DNA from: an uncultured delta proteobacterium
GTDB lineage: Bacteria > Desulfobacterota > WTBG01
NCBI GenBank assembly: GCA_963793865.1
Contig: CAWCBP010000008.1
Location: forward strand, 544,001 to 608,000
Length of the DNA: 64,000 bases
Direction of reading: 5' to 3'
The notes under the pieces were generated by a model. The model ran no database searches and had not been told where the DNA came from. It worked only from the letters and a program-made list of their open reading frames with translations. Numbering within the stretch: the stretch's first letter is position 1; every line of letters begins with the position of its first letter. The position numbers and the translations under genes are program-made. Positions 59,463-64,000 of this stretch are shown in pieces.

Positions 59463-60925
59463 TATGCATATGCGCCGGTCGCGATCTTGCGGAGCGCTCC
59501 AAGCAGAATCTTCCAGAAGGTGGCGACGCTTTTGATGCTGACAGCCTCGGCTGGAGAGTGGGCATTGATGATATCGGGACCGAATGATATCATATCCATG
59601 CCCTTATATTTTTCACCGATTACGCCGCACTCAAGTCCCGCGTGAGTTGCCGTCCGTTCAGGTTTTCTGCCGCAGATCTCTTCATAGGTTTTCTCTAAAA
59701 CGGTTAGAATTTTAGAATCAGGGTTGGGATGCCATCCGGGGTAGGGCGTTTCCAGCTCGTACCTGCCTCCCGCCAGGCTGCTGACGGCCGCGATCTGGTC
59801 CATGGTCGCATACAGCGCCTGGGGTAAAGAGGATCGGGGAGTATTGTGCACCGTGAGCAGGTTATCGCGTATGTGCGCGGAAGCCAGGTTGCTGGATGTT
59901 TCCACCAGGCCGGGCATCTGCCGGCTCATTGCCAACACACCGTGAGGCAATGCCACAAGCAGGTTCAGGGCAGCAGCGGAAGATGGCCCGCTTGCAACTC
60001 CGGCCGGCAGGTCAGTTTCCTCGCAGTTCATCTGCATGGCTGATTCATGGGCAAACTCGGCTGAAAAAGCATGGTATCGGGTGTTGATGATCTCCCGGGC
60101 GGCAGGCAGTTGCTTTGCCGGAAGCACCACGGTGGCAAAGCTCTCGCGGGGGATGGCATTGTGCTTGTCGCCGCCCTGGAAATCGGCAAGCAGGGCTCCA
60201 TACTCTTTCAGCGCCAGGACAAGCCGCGCCATTAATTTAACGGCATTGGCCCGGTTTTCATGAATGTCCAGGCCTGAATGGCCGCCCCGCAGACCGGTCA
60301 GCGTCAGGGCGAGCGCGGTGGATTGTGCCGGTGTGTCCGTCATGGTGAGCGGGAGGAGGATGCTGACCCCCCCGCCTCCCGCGCAGCCGATGCAGAGGTG
60401 ATCGCTTTTTTCTGAATCCAGGTTAAGCAGGATGCGTCCGCTGATGAGCGAAGGCGAAAGGTTGACTGCCCCGGTCAGGCCCGTTTCCTCGTCGACGGTG
60501 AGCAGGATTTCAAGCGGTCCGTGCAGGATGTCATTGGATACGGCTACCGCCATCGCCGCGGCTATCCCGATGCCGTTGTCAGCCCCGAGGCTCGTGCCCT
60601 CCGCCCGTATCCAGTCGCCGTCGCGCACCAGGCGTATGACATCTTTTGAAAAATCAAAGTCAACCGAGGCATTCTTTTCACAGACCATGTCCAGGTGACT
60701 CTGGAGCACCACCGCGGGCGCCTTGTCGCATCCGGGAGAGGGGGGTACAGCGATGCAAAGGTTTCCAACATCATCCTGCCTGACAGCCAATCCGGCGTTT
60801 ACCGCGACCAGCCGCAGATGAGATGCCAGGGCTGTCTCGTTTTTTGACCCGTGCGGTATGGCGGCAATCCGGGCGAAGAAATCCCAGAGCTGTTCGGGCG
60901 CCAGACCCTTTATTGCTTCCGACAT
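59462..60925 (-). CDS. pepD: Aminoacyl-histidine dipeptidase (M20C)
   Basis: QSHLDMVCEK, LGADNGIG, DEETGL, NLDSE, GGHSG, HAGLECG, AHSP. Confidence 0.95.
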   Translation of the reverse strand: MSEAIKGLAPEQLWDFFARIAAIPHGSKNETALASHLRLVAVNAGLAVRQDDVGNLCIAVPPSPGCDKAPAVVLQSHLDMVCEKNASVDFDFSKDVIRLVRDGDWIRAEGTSLGADNGIGIAAAMAVAVSNDILHGPLEILLTVDEETGLTGAVNLSPSLISGRILLNLDSEKSDHLCIGCAGGGGVSILLPLTMTDTPAQSTALALTLTGLRGGHSGLDIHENRANAVKLMARLVLALKEYGALLADFQGGDKHNAIPRESFATVVLPAKQLPAAREIINTRYHAFSAEFAHESAMQMNCEETDLPAGVASGPSSAAALNLLVALPHGVLAMSRQMPGLVETSSNLASAHIRDNLLTVHNTPRSSLPQALYATMDQIAAVSSLAGGRYELETPYPGWHPNPDSKILTVLEKTYEEICGRKPERTATHAGLECGVIGEKYKGMDMISFGPDIINAHSPAEAVSIKSVATFWKILLGALRKIATGAYA

Positions 60926-61111
60926 ACTGTTTACCCGCGCTTGGATGAAAGAGGTGCAGGGCTTGAAGAATCTATTGGATTTTCCCTGCTGTACAGGCTG
61001 CTACCTATCAGATTCACGGATACAAATCAACACCAAATCAGCGCGGGAGTGTTGGAACATGGTTTGCAATGGTGATGCCGCCCGCGGCGGAAGGCAGTGC
61101 CAAGAAAAGGT

Positions 61112-61140
61112 TTGACATGTATCACCTCTTACCCTATAGT
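61112..61140 (+). promoter_or_regulatory. sigma70 promoter for the PPIase gene
   Basis: TTGACA-17 bp-TATAGT. A sigma54-like TTGGAACATGGTTTGCA also lies at 61052-61068. Confidence 0.7.
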
Positions 61141-61259
61141 GTCCTATTGCGTGCGCCCGAATTTTTGAAAAACTCGGGAATACATCGGCGCGGCGCTTGC
61201 AAACGCAGGGAAGTGCGCGGCCGCGAACAACATGCACAAACAGTGCAATGAGGAGGCGT

Positions 61260-62309
61260 ATGATGAAACGGTCAGATGGCGTGATGCGGTCCGGTAGCAG
61301 TCGGTTGGGAATCTTTTGCCTGCAGGTGCTCTTAATTGCAGGGCTTGCCGGCGCACCGGGATGGGCTGCGGAAAAAGCTTCCGCACCGGTTCAGGCAGGG
61401 GCGGGGAAAACCATCGTGGAAGTAAACGGCCTTCCGCTTACCCAGGGTGAGGTCGACCAGAAAGTGAACCGAACGCTTGAATCGCTTAAAGATCAGATTC
61501 CCCCGGATCAGCTGGAAGAATTCAAAAAAAACATCCAGGGCAAGATTGTCGATGACTTCGTAAACCGCACCATCATCTCGCAGGAAATGGATAAGCAGAA
61601 AATTGCGGTTGATGAAAGCGAGGTGCAGAAGGCGTTGAGCGAGGTTGAGGCCAAGGTGCCCCAGGGAATGACCCTCGAGGCCATGCTCAAGCAGGGAGGG
61701 GTGACCATGGAGGAGATGCGCGACAATATCAAGTTTTCGTTGCGCGCCAACAAGCTTTTTGAATCACAGGTTAAATCCGATTATGTGCCGACAGCCGATG
61801 AAGTAAGCACGTATTATAACGAGAACAAGAAGAAGTATGACATGCCCGAGTCAGTGCACGCGCGGCACATCCTCTTGAAAGTGGATGAAAATGCCGATGA
61901 AAAAACCAAGGCCGAGAAGAAGCAAAAGATCGAGGATCTGCGCAAGCAGCTGGTTGGAGGTGCCGATTTCGCCAAGCTGGCCGGTGAGCAGTCGGATTGC
62001 CCGAGCAAGACGAATGGCGGCGATCTGGGCACGTTCCCGCGCGGCAGAATGGTCAAGCCGTTTGAGGATGCCGCATTCAGCCAGAAGGTGAATGAAATCG
62101 GCCCGGTGGTTCAAACGCAGTTCGGCTATCACATCATCCAGGTGCTGGAGCATAGCCAGCCCAAGCAGAAATCCCTCGATGAGGTCAAAGGCTCGATAGA
62201 AGAGATGCTGAAAAACAAGAAACGCCAGGAGAGCGCTCAGAATTACATGGAGGGGCTGAAGCAGAAGGCTAAAATCGTTTACCCCTCCGCTGAGGGCGCC
62301 AAGAAGTAG
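61260..62309 (+). CDS. Periplasmic parvulin-type PPIase/chaperone (SurA/PrsA-like)
   Basis: Signal peptide, [34 protein letters not shown]. Confidence 0.92.
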   Translation: MMKRSDGVMRSGSSRLGIFCLQVLLIAGLAGAPGWAAEKASAPVQAGAGKTIVEVNGLPLTQGEVDQKVNRTLESLKDQIPPDQLEEFKKNIQGKIVDDFVNRTIISQEMDKQKIAVDESEVQKALSEVEAKVPQGMTLEAMLKQGGVTMEEMRDNIKFSLRANKLFESQVKSDYVPTADEVSTYYNENKKKYDMPESVHARHILLKVDENADEKTKAEKKQKIEDLRKQLVGGADFAKLAGEQSDCPSKTNGGDLGTFPRGRMVKPFEDAAFSQKVNEIGPVVQTQFGYHIIQVLEHSQPKQKSLDEVKGSIEEMLKNKKRQESAQNYMEGLKQKAKIVYPSAEGAKK

Positions 62310-62358
62310 CCTCGTCAGCCGCACAGTGCAGTACAGGTTCCGGTTCGGAAACCGACAC

Positions 62359-62395
62359 AAAGCCCGACAGCTTGGAAAGAAGCTGCCGGGCTTTT
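62359..62395. terminator. Bidirectional intrinsic terminator
   Basis: aaagcccgacagctt-ggaaag-aagctgccgggctttt between convergent genes. Confidence 0.75.
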
Positions 62396-62424
62396 ATTGT
62401 GGCTGCCGTTTGATCAGCCGTTCG

Positions 62425-63321
62425 CTATCCTTTCTTGTATTCGTAAAAACCGCGGCCGGTTTTGCGCCCCAGATGTCCTATCTCCACCATGCTCGCGAGC
62501 AGCGGGCAGGGCCGGTATTTGGGTTCCTTGAATCCGTTGTACAGCGCTTCCTGCATGGAGAGGACCACGTCGAGCCCGATAAAATCAGCCAGCTCCAGGG
62601 GCCCCATGGGGTGGTTCATGCCCAGCTTCAGGGCGTTGTCTATCTCTTCCTTGGTGGAAACGCCTTCATAGAGGCAGAAGATTGCTTCGTTGATCAGCGT
62701 CTGAATGAGGCGGCTGGTGACAAAGCAGGGCCGGTCAGCAACGGTTATGGGGGTCTTGCCCATTTTCAGCGCCAGGCCCTTGACCGTCTGATAGGTTGCC
62801 TCGGAGGTCGCGGGCGTCCTGACGATCTCCAGAAGCTTCATCTTCTGCGCCGGGTACATGAAGTGCATGCCGATTACCTTGTCCGGCCTCTGGGTGGCCT
62901 TGGCAAGCTTGGCAATGGATACCGAGCTGGTATTGGAGCTGAGAATGCAGTGAGGCGGACAGATTTTCTCCAGGTTGGAAAAGATGTCCTGCTTGACCCC
63001 TATGTTTTCAACCACCGCTTCGATGACGATGTCGCTTTGTGCCAGGCTTTTGAGATCCATGGAAAAAGTTAAGCGGGAGGCTATCCTGTCCTTTTCCTTC
63101 CTGTTAATCTTGCCGATTTCAACCGCCCGGTCCAGGCTGGCATCAATCTCAGCCCTGGCTTTTTGCATCATTTCCTCATTGGAGGTGGTAACGACCACAA
63201 CCGTGTAGCCGGATTGGGCGGCAACCTGGGCAATGCCTTTGCCCATTTGTCCGGCGCCGACCACGCCGATGGTCTTAATGTTTTGCATCAGATCCTGCGC
63301 GCTTTTTTTCTTTGCGGTCAT
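62425..63321 (-). CDS. hbd: 3-hydroxybutyryl-CoA dehydrogenase family protein
   Basis: GAGQMG.GIA, EAVVEN, SNTSS, GMHF, HPMGPLELAD.IGLD, GRKTGRGFY. Confidence 0.9.
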   Translation of the reverse strand: MTAKKKSAQDLMQNIKTIGVVGAGQMGKGIAQVAAQSGYTVVVVTTSNEEMMQKARAEIDASLDRAVEIGKINRKEKDRIASRLTFSMDLKSLAQSDIVIEAVVENIGVKQDIFSNLEKICPPHCILSSNTSSVSIAKLAKATQRPDKVIGMHFMYPAQKMKLLEIVRTPATSEATYQTVKGLALKMGKTPITVADRPCFVTSRLIQTLINEAIFCLYEGVSTKEEIDNALKLGMNHPMGPLELADFIGLDVVLSMQEALYNGFKEPKYRPCPLLASMVEIGHLGRKTGRGFYEYKKG

Positions 63322-63467
63322 GTGTGCAAGCCCCTTTCGTATGCATTGACTGTTGCGCTGAGGAGTCCACTCATATGAATAATAGGCGGTATTGTCTTCC
63401 TATTTTTGTCAAATGTAAATTGTTTTTTTTAATTCCCGCACAGGCGGGATCCGGTTTTTATCCATAT

Positions 63468-63495
63468 GTAGGGGCGACCGGCTGGTCGCCCCTAC
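63468..63495. repeat. GTAG-type REP palindrome
   Basis: gtaggggcgaccggctggtcgcccctac, next to attcccgcacaggcgggat. Confidence 0.85.
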
Positions 63496-63513
63496 ATATT
63501 TTCGGATCACATT

Positions 63514-64000
63514 TCATTTCTCCCGCAGCGGCTTGAAGCGGTTCATGTGCTTAAGGATAAAGGCCTTCCTTCTCAGCACGGAAGCGGTGGGGCGGAGGGG
63601 GGACCATTTGCGGGGGTTGGGGAGCACCGCTGCCAGCAGCGCCGCCTGCTCCCTGCTCACCGCTGAAGAGGAGCACCTGAAGTAGTGAATCGCGGCCGCT
63701 TCGGCGCCAAAAATGCCTTTTCCCCATTCGGCAACATTGAGATAGATTTCCAAAATGCGCTGCTTGTCCCAGAGCAGCTCTATGAGAACGGTGTAGTAGG
63801 CCTCCAGCGATTTGCGTATCCAGCTGTGCCCCTGCCAGAGGAACAGATTGCGGGCCACCTGCATGGATATGGTGCTGGCGCCCCGTAAGGGCTTGTTGTC
63901 CGCGTACTCCTGCAGCGCCTCATTGATCTGGTTAAAATCAAATCCGCTGTGGTCCAGGAACCGCTGATCTTCAGAGGCGAGGACGGCCTGCTGGAAAAAA
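63514..64000 (-). CDS. mtgA: Monofunctional biosynthetic peptidoglycan transglycosylase (5' partial)
   Basis: The frame extends to the window edge: SEDQRFLDHSGFD, GASTISMQVARNLFL, RKSLE, KQRILEIYLN, LPNP. Confidence 0.93.
   Translation of the reverse strand, partial: FFQQAVLASEDQRFLDHSGFDFNQINEALQEYADNKPLRGASTISMQVARNLFLWQGHSWIRKSLEAYYTVLIELLWDKQRILEIYLNVAEWGKGIFGAEAAAIHYFRCSSSAVSREQAALLAAVLPNPRKWSPLRPTASVLRRKAFILKHMNRFKPLREK

Noticed and set aside
1..64000. tRNA, rRNA, known riboswitches, selenocysteine read-through and transposases
   Set aside because: None recognised by eye. A covariance-model scan would be needed to exclude divergent RNAs.

Overview
Chromosomal window from a GC-rich, probably anaerobic Desulfobacterota/deltaproteobacterial genome (inferred from gene content). 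It holds a complete minus-strand dcw cluster (mraZ to ftsZ, then a radical SAM gene) with a stand-alone receiver-domain gene inserted between murF and mraY. It also has Fe-S/redox genes, including a 58-aa ferredoxin missed by the ORF track, plus uppP, a ROK kinase, LPS-heptose genes, ubiX and glgX. Other content: a class III ribonucleotide reductase operon with its own redoxin, a sigma54-type minor-pilin operon with a frameshifted pilY1, a GspE/PilB ATPase, a MazEF-type TA pair in an AT-richer accessory stretch, several secreted propeller/repeat proteins, aqpZ, an Hc1-like small protein, pepD, a PPIase, hbd and a partial mtgA. Intergenic regions carry several families of palindromic repeats and a MITE-like element. 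The most interesting signal is tandem NrdR-box-like operators, 31-32 bp apart and resembling the box in the nrdD promoter, upstream of both mraZ and ftsZ. This suggests that dNTP sensing could regulate cell-division genes. All calls come from reading the sequence by eye; no database searches were run.
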